From assembly GCA_052033375.1 (NCBI GenBank), contig JBPOJQ010000006.1, positions 24,791 to 88,790 on the forward strand: DNA of 64,000 nucleotides. Direction: 5' to 3'. Position numbers and translations under genes: made by a program. The DNA is from Candidatus Magasanikiibacteriota bacterium (GTDB lineage: Bacteria > Patescibacteriota > Patescibacteriia > Magasanikbacterales > UBA922). Under the pieces are notes generated by a model. The model was given only the letters and a program-made list of their open reading frames with translations. It was not told where the DNA came from and did no database searches. Of the stretch, positions 19,280 through 29,447 are shown piece after piece. Every line of letters starts with the position of its first letter. Within the stretch, counting starts at the first letter, position 1.

Positions 19280-20200
19280 ATGCCCACAAAAATCGCTTTT
19301 TTCGGAACTCACGAATTTGGAGCAATCATACTCAAATCACTTGCACAGGATGATCGTTTTTTAGTTGATCTTGTGATAACACAACCAGATAAACCGGTAG
19401 GTAGAAAACAAGTACTCACTCCCCCACCAGTAAAAATTTTGGCCGACACATTAGGAATTAAAACAGAACAACCAGAAAATCTCAAAAACTTCCATCTTGA
19501 AAAAGATGAATTCGACGTAGCGGTAACTGCACAGTACGGACTATTGATTCCCTCTCATGTATTTAGCGAAACAAAGCATGGATGTATAAATGTACATACC
19601 TCGCTCCTGCCAAAATATCGTGGCGCATCACCAATTCAGTCAGCACTCATTAATGGAGAAGCAGAAACTGGAGTAACTATTATGGTTATGGACGCGGGTA
19701 TGGATACGGGAGATATCCTGTCACAAGAAAAAATTACAATTAATCCAGACGAAACGTACCCCGAGCTCGATATGAAGCTTGCTAAAATAGGCTCAACACT
19801 TCTCATGAAGACCTTGCCCGATTATATTAATGGAAAAATTATTCCTCAAAAACAGGATGAATCCAAAGTGACCGTGTGCAAAAAACTTTCACGTGATGAT
19901 GGGAAAATAAATTGGAATAACACTACTGAAGAAATTTATAATCTGTATCGTGGTACAAAACCCTGGCCAGGAATCTGGACAACCCTCAATGGAGAACGAG
20001 TGAAATTGCTTGAAATTAAACCAGCACAGGAAAAATTCGATCCGGGATATATACGGTGCAAAGAAGATACTATATTAGTTGGAACCAAAAACGGTTCAAT
20101 CAAAATTGAAAAAATTCAATTTGAAGGAAAACAATCGCTCGACGTAAACGCCTGTCTGGCGGGATATTGGCTCACGCTAGATGCACAAACATGTGAATAA
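19280..20200 (+). CDS. fmt: methionyl-tRNA formyltransferase
   Basis: KIAFFGTHEFG ... HTSLLPKYRGASPIQ ... C-terminal Fmt domain. The start is taken at MPTKIAFF; the ORF starts at 19214. Confidence 0.9.
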   Translation: MPTKIAFFGTHEFGAIILKSLAQDDRFLVDLVITQPDKPVGRKQVLTPPPVKILADTLGIKTEQPENLKNFHLEKDEFDVAVTAQYGLLIPSHVFSETKHGCINVHTSLLPKYRGASPIQSALINGEAETGVTIMVMDAGMDTGDILSQEKITINPDETYPELDMKLAKIGSTLLMKTLPDYINGKIIPQKQDESKVTVCKKLSRDDGKINWNNTTEEIYNLYRGTKPWPGIWTTLNGERVKLLEIKPAQEKFDPGYIRCKEDTILVGTKNGSIKIEKIQFEGKQSLDVNACLAGYWLTLDAQTCE

Positions 20201-20202
20201 AA

Positions 20203-20229
20203 AACGAAGCCCAATACGGCTTCGTTTTA
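20203..20229 (+). terminator. intrinsic terminator after fmt (CGAAGCC-caatac-GGCTTCG + TTTT)
   Basis: Seen in the sequence. Confidence 0.6.
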
Positions 20230-20231
20230 AT

Positions 20232-20650
20232 GATAGAGTGTGGGAGGCGGACATAGCATAAAGCTACGTCGCGCCTCCATTCATCCTTGTATGGCCCGTT
20301 GGGAGCCAACGAGTGGCTGCGACCGAGGGTATACAAGGACACTCCTATCATTACATAGAAATAAAAAAGTGTCAAAAAAATCGACTCTCGTCGATACTAC
20401 TAGTACATATGGGACAAGGAGGCATGAGGGATTGCTCCCCCATGCCTCCGAGCGAATTCGTCTTATCTCGATGAATGCACGGACTAGGCAAAGTGTATAC
20501 GGTATGCCGTAAACCGATACCAGAGACAATCCCGCACGCTGCATGATACCGGCAAAAGTGACAGACGGAACAACGAACACACTACCTACTCGTGGAGTCA
20601 GGGAGAACAACAAATTCATCCAGGTTATATCACATAATGTAAAAAAAATC
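20232..20650. ncRNA. about 420-bp GC-rich, hairpin-dense non-coding island between convergent genes; candidate structured RNA of unassigned class
   Basis: Composition is strongly GC-shifted relative to the flanking CDS. Multiple extended stems are present, e.g. GGAGGCG-GACATAGC-ataaa-GCTACGTC-GCGCCTCC, GGAGGCATG...CATGCCTCC, CCTTGTAT...ATACAAGG. No ORF with an RBS. RNase P P4 (GGAAAGUCC) and tmRNA termini were looked for and not found. Confidence 0.3.
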
Positions 20651-20658
20651 AAGTGTGG

Positions 20659-21384
20659 TTAGGGTGAAACCGAATGTTTACGCAATACAATCTCTCGAGC
20701 GGCTTCGTACTTTTTCACCCGCGTACGCAAACCTGGGATCCATCGAAATGGAATGCGGTATGCAAATGAAGGTAACCAAGAACTCATAGTGCCACCCGTC
20801 GAAACCTGAAAAAGCACTTGATCTATCCATTCACCACGATTACCAGACTCAACAACAGTAAGCCACATATCCCAATCCTGAAATCGTTTCAATGATTCAT
20901 CCCACGACACTACATCTCCCACTCTCATAAGTGATGTAGTGGTAATAAAATTTTTCTTATATAATTCAGAAACTGAAAATGCCCGTCCGCGAAATAATTT
21001 TTTTCCAAATAAAAAATTAGAATAAACAAACGATATATCTTTTTGTGTATGCAACACACTATACATAGTATTGAGCATAGTGGGTCGTGCAATCACATCA
21101 GCGTCCCAAAAAATGACATACTCACCCTCGACCTCCCGAAATCCGCGATTTCTTGCAGCAGGGGCACCGTTATTTTTTTCTTGCCTGATACACACAAAGC
21201 TACGTCCCTCACGCTCATATGTAGCACGTACCCGTTCAAATGCGCTGCATACATCCTCGACACTTCCATCATCGACAATAATAATCTGCAACTGAGGATA
21301 TGTTTGCGAAACCAAAGATTCGAGAGATTTGAAAAAAATCTCTATACGATTATAAACCGGAATCACAACACTTATAAGCTCCAT
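20659..21384 (-). CDS. family 2 glycosyltransferase
   Basis: MELISVVIPVYNR ... IIIVDDGSVEDV ... DAD gives the GT-A fold DxD. Confidence 0.85.
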   Translation of the reverse strand: MELISVVIPVYNRIEIFFKSLESLVSQTYPQLQIIIVDDGSVEDVCSAFERVRATYEREGRSFVCIRQEKNNGAPAARNRGFREVEGEYVIFWDADVIARPTMLNTMYSVLHTQKDISFVYSNFLFGKKLFRGRAFSVSELYKKNFITTTSLMRVGDVVSWDESLKRFQDWDMWLTVVESGNRGEWIDQVLFQVSTGGTMSSWLPSFAYRIPFRWIPGLRTRVKKYEAAREIVLRKHSVSP

Positions 21385-22799
21385 AATGAATGAATTTCTT
21401 TTTTGTCTCCGCCACGAAGTTCGAGCGCATCTCGGACTACTTTTCGGTCATCCCAGGGAATCATTTTTCCACCAGCAACGCATAATGCCTGTTCACTCCC
21501 CTTTCCAGTGACTAGTACAATATCTCCAGCTTCTGCCATCATTACCGCGCGTTCAATTGCCTCTGCTCGATCCTCAATCAAAAATACATTTTTCCCTGAT
21601 ATTTTTCCTTTCTTTTCTACTGCATGTAATACATCACGCATAATCTCAAGAGGGTCATCATCATACGGATCTTCATCAGTCACAAATACAATATCCGCAT
21701 GCTTTCCAACAAATTCCCCGACACTCCATCTTCTTGATACATCACGCCCACCACCAGTCGATCCAAACACATGGATAATGCGTCGGGGTGCAAGTTTTGC
21801 AACGACCGCATAGAGTGCTTCCATCGCCTTCGGCTCAAAAGCATAATCGACAATAACACGAAATCCATAGTGCTCTGCCTCAGGGATAAATTCATTTCGC
21901 CCAGGTGCATTGGTACATACTCGGGCTGTATGAATAATCTGATCCCATGTAGTACCTAAAATTGATAGCACACTAAACACAATCGCACAGTTCTCTGCAT
22001 TATGTTCTCCATAAAGTGGTACCCGTATGTCATGACCATCAAGCGAAAAAGCGATTCCGTTTTGCTCACTTCGAGTATTCGAAAGAAGAAAATAATGATC
22101 AAGAGTGTCAATCATCCGCACTCCGCGTCCAAATGCATACGCATGATCAAAGGGTCCTTGTGATAAAAATTCTGGAGCATGCACTGAATCACCGTTCACC
22201 AAAGCAATTTTTGACATGTATTCGGTTCCAGGTCGAGTGAGTAAGGGAAATCCGAGTGCATCAGCATTTTTCTTAGTTCTTCCAAATCGTGCAATATAGC
22301 GAAAAATAGATAATTTTGCTTTTTTGTAATTATCAAAGCTACCATGAGATTCAATATGCTCAGGATATAAATTCGTGAGAATAATCATGTCATAATTAAT
22401 AAACTCATGACGATGCTGGACTGCTCCCTCTGAAGTAGTTTCAACAATCGCAATTTTACAACCCTTCGTAACCATTTCTCGTAAATACTTCTGGATCTGG
22501 GTACGACCGAGCATAGTCATTTTTTGATTGTTCAATTTATTTTCCCCCGCAATATGAAAATCAATCGTAGAAAGTGAACCAACGCGGTATCCCAATGCTT
22601 CGAGCATAGTACGAAGCAAAAAAACCGTGGTAGATTTTCCACTCGTTCCAGTAACACCAATTACCAAAAGCTCACGTGATGGATGCCCATATCGAATTGC
22701 ACCATACCAGGCAAATACCAAATGACGCAGATTAAGCATCGACTTCGGTACGTACTTTTTAATCAATTGTTTAATTTTTTGAAGCATAGTTTGGGGCAA
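21372..22799 (-). CDS. Mur ligase family protein (MurE-like UDP-N-acetylmuramoyl-tripeptide synthetase)
   Basis: GVTGTSGKSTTV P-loop. PGRNEF motif. C-terminal Mur ligase domain. Length is 475 aa. Confidence 0.75.
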   Translation of the reverse strand: MPQTMLQKIKQLIKKYVPKSMLNLRHLVFAWYGAIRYGHPSRELLVIGVTGTSGKSTTVFLLRTMLEALGYRVGSLSTIDFHIAGENKLNNQKMTMLGRTQIQKYLREMVTKGCKIAIVETTSEGAVQHRHEFINYDMIILTNLYPEHIESHGSFDNYKKAKLSIFRYIARFGRTKKNADALGFPLLTRPGTEYMSKIALVNGDSVHAPEFLSQGPFDHAYAFGRGVRMIDTLDHYFLLSNTRSEQNGIAFSLDGHDIRVPLYGEHNAENCAIVFSVLSILGTTWDQIIHTARVCTNAPGRNEFIPEAEHYGFRVIVDYAFEPKAMEALYAVVAKLAPRRIIHVFGSTGGGRDVSRRWSVGEFVGKHADIVFVTDEDPYDDDPLEIMRDVLHAVEKKGKISGKNVFLIEDRAEAIERAVMMAEAGDIVLVTGKGSEQALCVAGGKMIPWDDRKVVRDALELRGGDKKEIHSLWSL

Positions 22800-22829
22800 C
22801 AGACCATGTGAAATTTTTGACCATGGTCA

Positions 22830-23402
22830 TTATTTTCGAAGTGATAATTCATACACGATATGCTCAAGTTTCTGTACTGCACTTTTTGCCTGGTCGAACT
22901 TATTTCTGAGATAGCTGGTGAGATTACACTCGATAAGCTCTCCAATAATTTCGTCAGCCACCTCAGCGCACACTCTGACTGTAGTAGTATCCCCCGCAGT
23001 CGCAGCCTTAATCGCAAATCGATACAACTCGCCGGGTACATCCGTGAGACCTGCAACATATGATTCAGAATTGACCTTAATTCCCTTCACTTCTCCAATT
23101 TTGTGTGTGGTAACAAATTGGTAAAACAATTCAGCCTCAACAAATTCTTCCACTGCAGCTTTATAGGCACCCTCTTCGAGCACTCGTGAATCGCGCCCAT
23201 ACTCTTTTGAAACCTTTACCAAGAATTCACGCGATGAAGCAAGTTTTTCCTTTGCCTCGCCTACCTGATCTCGATGAAGAGCAAAAATCGCACGTTTTGC
23301 ATGAAAAAGCGCATCATTTGAATCTTTGATTACCTTTTGTCGAACTTCAGCATACGTAAGCAAATCTTTTCTAATTTTTGAGAGGAGACCGGTGTTCAGC
23401 AT
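22830..23402 (-). CDS. hypothetical protein, possible translin-family fold
   Basis: 190 aa, all-helical. Resemblance to translin is weak (SKIRKDL ... FALHR). Treat as a low-confidence family call. Confidence 0.35.
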   Translation of the reverse strand: MLNTGLLSKIRKDLLTYAEVRQKVIKDSNDALFHAKRAIFALHRDQVGEAKEKLASSREFLVKVSKEYGRDSRVLEEGAYKAAVEEFVEAELFYQFVTTHKIGEVKGIKVNSESYVAGLTDVPGELYRFAIKAATAGDTTTVRVCAEVADEIIGELIECNLTSYLRNKFDQAKSAVQKLEHIVYELSLRK

Positions 23403-23411
23403 AATTTAAAA

Positions 23412-23813
23412 TTAATTTGTACTAATATTTCTTTTTTTGGCAAACAAACTGCCAATCCCATAAGAAAATCCACCCCAAACTATCATATTAAGCAAAATTG
23501 AAAATTCAGAAAAAACCGAACGTTGATTACATACAGCTCCCACATGTGCCCCTAAAAAATCCATAGAACAACCTGCATACGCACTGAAGGGAAAACCGAA
23601 TCCTAAAAACTTATCGTCATATGCTATAGTTGTAGTAAACCCTATAGGCTTATGCAGAAAATTAGAAGCTGCATTATCTGGAACAAGACTTATATTCCAA
23701 TAGAAATCTCCTGACCAAGATGCAATATACGAAAATCTAGTTAGTACTGCAAAAAGAAATCCGATTAAAAAACTAGCTAAAAATAATTTTTTCTCTAAAG
23801 GCAACAAAAACAT
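23412..23813 (-). CDS. hypothetical integral membrane protein
   Basis: 133 aa with several hydrophobic helices. Confidence 0.4.
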   Translation of the reverse strand: MFLLPLEKKLFLASFLIGFLFAVLTRFSYIASWSGDFYWNISLVPDNAASNFLHKPIGFTTTIAYDDKFLGFGFPFSAYAGCSMDFLGAHVGAVCNQRSVFSEFSILLNMIVWGGFSYGIGSLFAKKRNISTN

Positions 23814-23895
23814 ACATGTTTAGTATAGCTAATACAGCACAAAAAGCAAGTAATACACTATTGAAGTTTTTGCTCATTGTTCCTTGCTAATTGCT

Positions 23896-23945
23896 TTTTA
23901 CTAAAAACAAAAACCGCCGTGTTTGGCCCGGCAGTTTTGCGGTGA
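23896..23945 (-). terminator. intrinsic terminator downstream of the DsbA-like gene (minus strand CCGCC...GGCGG hairpin + TTTTTGTTTTT)
   Basis: Seen in the sequence. Confidence 0.5.
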
Positions 23946-23994
23946 AAACTGTTACCATGTGATTGCTCACACGGTTACACCTGGGATCCTGAAT

Positions 23995-24807
23995 TTAGTC
24001 GAGTCCAATCTCTGTCGCTGCACGCTTATATCCATTAATTCCGAGCTGATTTGACGACTGTAATCCGAATAATTTACTATGCATCTCCCACGCTTTTTCA
24101 GCACCCTGTTCTTTCGCACATTCGAATGCTTCTGCAGCTTTTTGTGCCTGTTGGTGGAATGATAGTGGGAAATGTCGATAGGTAAATCTAATCTTGTCCC
24201 CATATTCTTCAAGCATCTGTTTAATAGCTGGTTCAAATCGGAGACAAAATGGACACTCAAAATCAGAGAATTCAATAATACTCACTTTTGCATCCTCATT
24301 TCCCAACCAGATTGCATCAGGCAATTCGGGCATCGTTACCTTTACAATAGGTAATAATTCTCCAGTATTTTGATCTTTTTGCTTCAAGAAATCAAAAGCA
24401 GAATCCTTTGTCACATCTTTTCCAGCAAGCGCAGCATCAATTACCATTTTCAAAGCATTGTATGGAAAAGCACCGCTCACCAATACACCATTAACAAATG
24501 TCGCAGGAGTACCCTCGACACCAATCGCTGAACCGAGCTGCAAATCAGCCTCGACAACATTTGCAGTCTTTCCAGAATCGAGACATTGACTGAATTCTTC
24601 GGGACCTTCTACATTTCCATTTGCATCAGTCGTGACAGTGGTATTTGTATTCTTAGCCCCCTTCACAGAAGGAGATCCATCACCGAGCATAATACCAAGC
24701 AAGACAAAAAAACCGATCGTACAGAGCACCATAACTCCACCGACAAGCCCAACCACAAACATTTGTTTAGGTGACAGGAGTTCAAACACGCTTTTCTCTT
24801 CATTCAT
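23995..24807 (-). CDS. membrane-anchored DsbA-family thiol:disulfide oxidoreductase
   Basis: N-terminal TM. FSDFECPFCLRFEP gives a CxxC thioredoxin motif. The start is taken at MNEEKS; the ORF extends to 24858. Confidence 0.8.
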   Translation of the reverse strand: MNEEKSVFELLSPKQMFVVGLVGGVMVLCTIGFFVLLGIMLGDGSPSVKGAKNTNTTVTTDANGNVEGPEEFSQCLDSGKTANVVEADLQLGSAIGVEGTPATFVNGVLVSGAFPYNALKMVIDAALAGKDVTKDSAFDFLKQKDQNTGELLPIVKVTMPELPDAIWLGNEDAKVSIIEFSDFECPFCLRFEPAIKQMLEEYGDKIRFTYRHFPLSFHQQAQKAAEAFECAKEQGAEKAWEMHSKLFGLQSSNQLGINGYKRAATEIGLD

Positions 24808-24908
24808 AACGTCCAAGTTAATTAATAAGTAATAAAAGCTTATGGCAAAGTATACCATGGGCTTGCAATTGATACAATTGTGGATAACGATTTATTTCAA
24901 TTGATCAA

Positions 24909-24937
24909 TTTGACGTAACAAAAACATACTTGTATAG
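24909..24937 (+). promoter_or_regulatory. sigma70-like promoter of sod (TTGACG-17-TATAGT)
   Basis: Seen in the sequence about 50 nt upstream of the sod ATG. Confidence 0.45.
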
Positions 24938-24985
24938 TACATACAAATAAAAATAATACAATACTACATTGCACTACTACACACT

Positions 24986-25567
24986 ATGAAACATGAATTA
25001 TATTCACTTCCCTACGATTTCAATGCACTCGAACCCCACATCGACGCGAGAACCATGGAAATTCATTATACAAAACATCACCAAACCTATCTGGATAATT
25101 TCCTAAAATTTTTAGAAAAATACCCAGAATTACAAGAAAAAACTGCTGAAGAAATTTTACGTTCACTTAATTCACTGCCGATCGATGAGATGGATAAGAC
25201 AATCTGCAGAAATCACGCAGGCGGGTTGGTAAATCACAATCTATACTGGTCAATCATGGGACCACACAAAAACGAAAATGTACACCTAAAAAAAGAAATA
25301 GAAGAGACGTTTGGTTCAGTCGACGCATTCAAAGAACAATTCAGTGCACTTGCAACCAAACATTTTGGAAGCGGGTGGGCATGGCTCGTACGAGATGAAG
25401 CTCAAAAACTAGTCACCTACTCTCTCCCCAACCAAGATTCACCTTATATGAAAGGCCATACTCCTATCATAGGACTTGACGTGTGGGAGCATGCATATTA
25501 TCTCAAATATCAAAACAAACGCCCTGACTATGTGAAAGCATGGTGGGAAGTGATGACACTGTTCTAG
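24986..25567 (+). CDS. Fe/Mn superoxide dismutase
   Basis: HYTKHHQTYLDN ... DVWEHAYYLKYQN(K)RPDY, with the canonical metal ligands. The metal type was not assigned. Confidence 0.95.
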   Translation: MKHELYSLPYDFNALEPHIDARTMEIHYTKHHQTYLDNFLKFLEKYPELQEKTAEEILRSLNSLPIDEMDKTICRNHAGGLVNHNLYWSIMGPHKNENVHLKKEIEETFGSVDAFKEQFSALATKHFGSGWAWLVRDEAQKLVTYSLPNQDSPYMKGHTPIIGLDVWEHAYYLKYQNKRPDYVKAWWEVMTLF

Positions 25568-25589
25568 TGATCGTCATGGGATACCAGAC

Positions 25590-25618
25590 TTGACAAGATA
25601 CAAAAAATTGTGTATTCT
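25590..25618 (+). promoter_or_regulatory. near-consensus sigma70 promoter (TTGACA-17-TATTCT) preceding a GC-rich non-coding transcript
   Basis: Seen in the sequence. Confidence 0.5.
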
Positions 25619-25625
25619 CCGTACA

Positions 25626-26036
25626 CTTTTTCAAGAGACCACAGCTCTATATCAGATTGGATATAAATTTGTGGTCTGAGTAGGGGTTATGGACACGTCC
25701 CCTTCAGAGGACAGCTCTGCGGGTCGGCCTCATCAACCCCCTCCAGAGAAATCTTTGTAGCATCGGGCTAACGTATCCAATGCAACAAGTGGGCAGATGT
25801 AGTGTCTGATGCGTCGCGCCATGCGCGAAAGCTCCACTCATGTGCCTGCCTATATGCATGCCAATGCTGCGAGGTTCACCCTCGCCTCGCATGAAGATTT
25901 TTGAGGTGCGCTAACGTGGTTTACCCTTGGGCCACGATACGCGAACACCTCTCTGTCCTCTGCACTTTTCCATAATAGCAATAGAACATAGGATAACAAA
26001 AAACCACTCTCATATACGATAGTGGTTTTTTGTTTT
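25626..26036 (+). ncRNA. about 400-nt GC-rich candidate structured RNA bounded by its own promoter and an intrinsic terminator (class unassigned)
   Basis: Promoter at 25590-25618. Terminator AACCACT-ctcatatacgat-AGTGGTT + T-run at 26000-26036. Internal stems AGACCACA...TGTGGTCT, GGGG...CCCC, CAGAG-gacag-CTCTG, CGTGG...CCACG. No convincing ORF or RBS. Confidence 0.4.
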
Positions 26037-26069
26037 AACATTGCACCATGTATCAGACGGGATGCAAGT

Positions 26070-27416
26070 CTAGTAATCACTCAATTTATCAATTACCTCA
26101 AAACTCTTAATTTTTTCAATCGCTTTTGCCTCAATCTGACGAATACGTTCACGAGTTACCCCAAATTCCTTACCCACCTCTTCGAGTGTATGCGTGACTC
26201 CGTCTTCGAGACCAAACCGCATTTCCAAGATTTTTTTCTCACGTGGAGAAAGATCCTGAATCGCTTCGCGAATATAGTCTTTCAACAATTCAGAACCCGC
26301 AGCAGCTGACGGACTAATATTTTTTACATCCTCAATAAAGTCTGAGAGTGAGGTATCATCGTCGTCGTCATCACCGACAGAAGTTTCAAGTGATACGGTA
26401 TCTTGTGAAATCTTAATAATATGTTTTACTTTCTCGACGTCTTCGCCCATTTCTGCCGCAATTTCTTCTGGAGTTCCATCACGACCAAGATCTTGAAGCA
26501 ATCGACGTGATACTTGCTGAAGTCGATTAATTGTTTCTACCATGTGGACTGGAATACGGATGGTACGAGAATGATCTGCGAGCGCACGAGTAATCGCCTG
26601 CCTAATCCACCACGTAGCATACGTAGAAAATTTGAATCCCTTCCGATAATCAAATTTTTTAACTGCACGAAAAAGTCCGATATTTCCTTCCTGAATCAAA
26701 TCCAATAACGACAATTGTTTCCCCACAAATTTCTTCGCGATAGAGACCACCAGACGCAAATTCGCTTCAATCATACGTCTTTCTGCTTCTTTGTCACCAC
26801 GTTCTTTGCGTTTTGCCAAAGACATTTCTTCCTCAGCATTGAGCAAATGTACTTTTCCAATTTCACGCAAATACATCTGAATAGAATCTTGTGAAATACT
26901 TCCTAGATCAAAATATGAACCACTCTCTTTATCAGGCTGTTCACCCTGGAATCCCTGAAGCATTTCTCGCTTTTTCTCAACCGTATGATTACCTCCGAGA
27001 AGTCCTTCCTGACCTTCAACCAGAGAAATACTATTTTTATCCATGAGATTCAAAAAATACTCATAGAGATCAAGATAGAGTTCAGCTCGAGGAAACTTCA
27101 ATAGGACTTCTTTTTCAGTAAGAAATCCTCGATTGCGTCCTTTGGTCACGAACTCATGAATCTGATCTGCGGTTGGCGGAAGTACTATTTCCTGTTCAGG
27201 TTTTCGTTTAGGAGCCTGCTGTCGGAAATTACGTACAAATTTTTTCTTTCCCTGCTTTCCTCGATTTTTTCCAAATTGATTCCCGGTTTTTGCCCCGCTT
27301 ACGCGTCGGGATTGGGCTTTAGCACTAGGTGCTGATGGTGCCGCTTTTTTTGAAGCGGTGATAATTCGTTTCTTCGCTTTGAGCGATTGTTTAGTTGTCG
27401 ATGGTTTCTTGGCCAT
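26070..27416 (-). CDS. rpoD: RNA polymerase sigma factor RpoD (sigma70) with Lys/Ala-rich basic N-terminal extension
   Basis: Region 2 ([39 protein letters not shown]). Regions 3 and 4 ([20 protein letters not shown]). Confidence 0.95.
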   Translation of the reverse strand: MAKKPSTTKQSLKAKKRIITASKKAAPSAPSAKAQSRRVSGAKTGNQFGKNRGKQGKKKFVRNFRQQAPKRKPEQEIVLPPTADQIHEFVTKGRNRGFLTEKEVLLKFPRAELYLDLYEYFLNLMDKNSISLVEGQEGLLGGNHTVEKKREMLQGFQGEQPDKESGSYFDLGSISQDSIQMYLREIGKVHLLNAEEEMSLAKRKERGDKEAERRMIEANLRLVVSIAKKFVGKQLSLLDLIQEGNIGLFRAVKKFDYRKGFKFSTYATWWIRQAITRALADHSRTIRIPVHMVETINRLQQVSRRLLQDLGRDGTPEEIAAEMGEDVEKVKHIIKISQDTVSLETSVGDDDDDDTSLSDFIEDVKNISPSAAAGSELLKDYIREAIQDLSPREKKILEMRFGLEDGVTHTLEEVGKEFGVTRERIRQIEAKAIEKIKSFEVIDKLSDY

Positions 27417-27448
27417 GACGATAAGAATAATTTTATTTAAAATAACCC

Positions 27449-29254
27449 TTATTGATATTGTTGTAGCGACCGGAGTAATGACTCGATAGTTGCGCTATCC
27501 CCCCGCATCTCTGCATCTCTGAGAGCATTCTGTATTACACTTCGTTTCTGTTTTATCCACTCTGATCGTATGCGCATTGCTAATGCGATGATCTCCTGCT
27601 CACGAGCTTCTGATGTAAAATCAGAAAACTCCTTCTCTCCCATGAGAAGAAGTACGTCGAGAGGATTTTCAGTGTCAACATGTGTATAACGCTCCCGTAC
27701 ATGTGTAAAATCACATGGTATACGCTGAGTATAGGCTATTTTTACGATTTCGTAAAGGTCTTGATGGAGTGCTGTGGAAAACGCATCAATCGTGAAAAAA
27801 TTCTCAGGTATTTTGAGCACCAATCCGGGCGCAATATATAGAAGAGAAAACAGACGATCAGCCAGCACTGTCAGATGATCTATGGTAGATTTCACCGGGG
27901 CTCCTGTAGGTGAAGAACTACGCGAATGGATGGTCTTCTGTTGTTCCTTGAGAATACGAGCAATGTCCTCGCGCAACACTACCACATCCACCTGAAGTCG
28001 GTGGGATAATGTTGAAAGCCAGTGATCACGTTCTACCGCATATGGTATTCGAGAAATTTCGAGCAATAGCTCATTTGCAATCTTTTGTTTTGTTTTCGGA
28101 TCGTCAAGTGGCATGTCTGCAAATGACCGATCAAAATACCATTGCATAATATCTTTCGCATGCGCAACAGATTCAAACCATACAGACGCATTTTTCTTAA
28201 TACATTCATCTGGATCTTTTCCTGCACCTTCTGGAATCTGAATAACTTTTACATTCATTCCATCTTCAATCAATAAATCAATACCTCGTTTTGCTGCAGC
28301 AATACCCGCAGAATCTGAATCAAAAGCCATATTTACATTCGTGGAATATCGTTTCAATAATGTTATCTGATGTTCGGTCAAAGCAGTACCGCTTGTCGCA
28401 ACCACATTAGTCATCCCCGCCTGATGACAGGCAATTACATCCATCTGGCCTTCGACCATGACAATCAAATCGCGTGCCTTGATTTCACGTTTTGCCTTAT
28501 TCAAACCAAACAAGACCCGCGATTTATCATAGAGTAACGTCTGAGGTGTATTCACATACTTTCCGCCACTATGTTCAGTTTCCACGAGCACACGACCAGT
28601 AAATCCGACTACAGCATCATGCGCATCCCAAATTGGAAACATGATGCGTCCACGAAAACGATCATAGTATCCCCGTCCGCTCCGCTCAGAAGTACCATCT
28701 TTCTTAATTGCAAGCCCACTCGCAATCACATCATCAATTGCATGTCCTTTTTTGAGCAAATACTTGGTGAGAAGATCCCACTGATCCGGAATAAATCCGA
28801 TTTGCCAGGCACTAATAGTCTCATCTTTCAATCCACGATTAACAAGATATTCAAGCGCTGGTCTGGACTGAGGAAGTTTGAGAAGAATGTAATGAAAAAA
28901 TTTTGACGCATCATGATTGATATCTTTCAAACGATTTTTCTGACTAGTCTCAGTGGTATTAATTGTTCGAGATAATACAATACCTGCCTTATCAGCAAGA
29001 AATCGGAGTGCATCCCGAAATTCCATTCCCTCAATTTCTTGAATAAACGTAAACACATCCCCGCCTTTGGCACACCCAAAACAATGCCAGCTCTGTCGCT
29101 CGCGATTTACCATAAACGAAGGAGATTTCTCGTGATGAAACGGACAGAGTCCCTTGTGGTTGACACCTGCCGGCTTCAATGCAACATACTCAGAAATCAA
29201 GTCCACCACATCGACCTTCTCTTTTATACGTGTAATGTCATCGTTCATACTCAT
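27449..29254 (-). CDS. dnaG: DNA primase DnaG
   Basis: CHC2 zinc finger ([11 protein letters not shown]...WHCFGC). Toprim ([14 protein letters not shown]). The start is taken at MSMNDD; the ORF extends to 29380. Confidence 0.9.
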   Translation of the reverse strand: MSMNDDITRIKEKVDVVDLISEYVALKPAGVNHKGLCPFHHEKSPSFMVNRERQSWHCFGCAKGGDVFTFIQEIEGMEFRDALRFLADKAGIVLSRTINTTETSQKNRLKDINHDASKFFHYILLKLPQSRPALEYLVNRGLKDETISAWQIGFIPDQWDLLTKYLLKKGHAIDDVIASGLAIKKDGTSERSGRGYYDRFRGRIMFPIWDAHDAVVGFTGRVLVETEHSGGKYVNTPQTLLYDKSRVLFGLNKAKREIKARDLIVMVEGQMDVIACHQAGMTNVVATSGTALTEHQITLLKRYSTNVNMAFDSDSAGIAAAKRGIDLLIEDGMNVKVIQIPEGAGKDPDECIKKNASVWFESVAHAKDIMQWYFDRSFADMPLDDPKTKQKIANELLLEISRIPYAVERDHWLSTLSHRLQVDVVVLREDIARILKEQQKTIHSRSSSPTGAPVKSTIDHLTVLADRLFSLLYIAPGLVLKIPENFFTIDAFSTALHQDLYEIVKIAYTQRIPCDFTHVRERYTHVDTENPLDVLLLMGEKEFSDFTSEAREQEIIALAMRIRSEWIKQKRSVIQNALRDAEMRGDSATIESLLRSLQQYQ

Positions 29255-29303
29255 TCGAGAGTACCTTATTGTGGATAAACTTTCAAGATGAATAGTGATA
29301 ATA

Positions 29304-29331
29304 TTGACAAAAAATAAAACAATACTATAAT
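29304..29331 (+). promoter_or_regulatory. consensus sigma70 promoter TTGACA-16-TATAAT pointing away from dnaG into a GC-rich non-coding region
   Basis: Seen in the sequence. Confidence 0.5.
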
Positions 29332-29337
29332 TCGTCT

Positions 29338-29447
29338 TTGTGTCTTGGTGTCTAAACTGAGAGGGAAAAAACACGCACATGTAGATGAATGAGGGTACAT
29401 ATGCTTGGCTTGAATGGCGATATCCTGCTTGCAGGATACGCTTTTTT
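29338..29447 (+). ncRNA. candidate about 110-nt small RNA (promoter to intrinsic terminator GCGATATCCTGC-ttgc-GCAGGATACGC + TTTTTT), followed by about 350 bp of further GC-rich hairpin-rich sequence to about 29800
   Basis: Promoter at 29304-29331. Terminator hairpin at 29418-29441 with U-run 29442-29447. No downstream same-strand gene. A 13-bp perfect inverted repeat ATACCAGTTGCAT...ATGCAACTGGTAT + T-run lies near 29730-29800. Confidence 0.3.

Noticed and set aside
24986-25567. Assigning the SOD as Mn- versus Fe-specific (sodA vs sodB)
   Set aside because: Metal specificity depends on a few second-sphere residues that I cannot place reliably without an alignment. The gene symbol is left blank.
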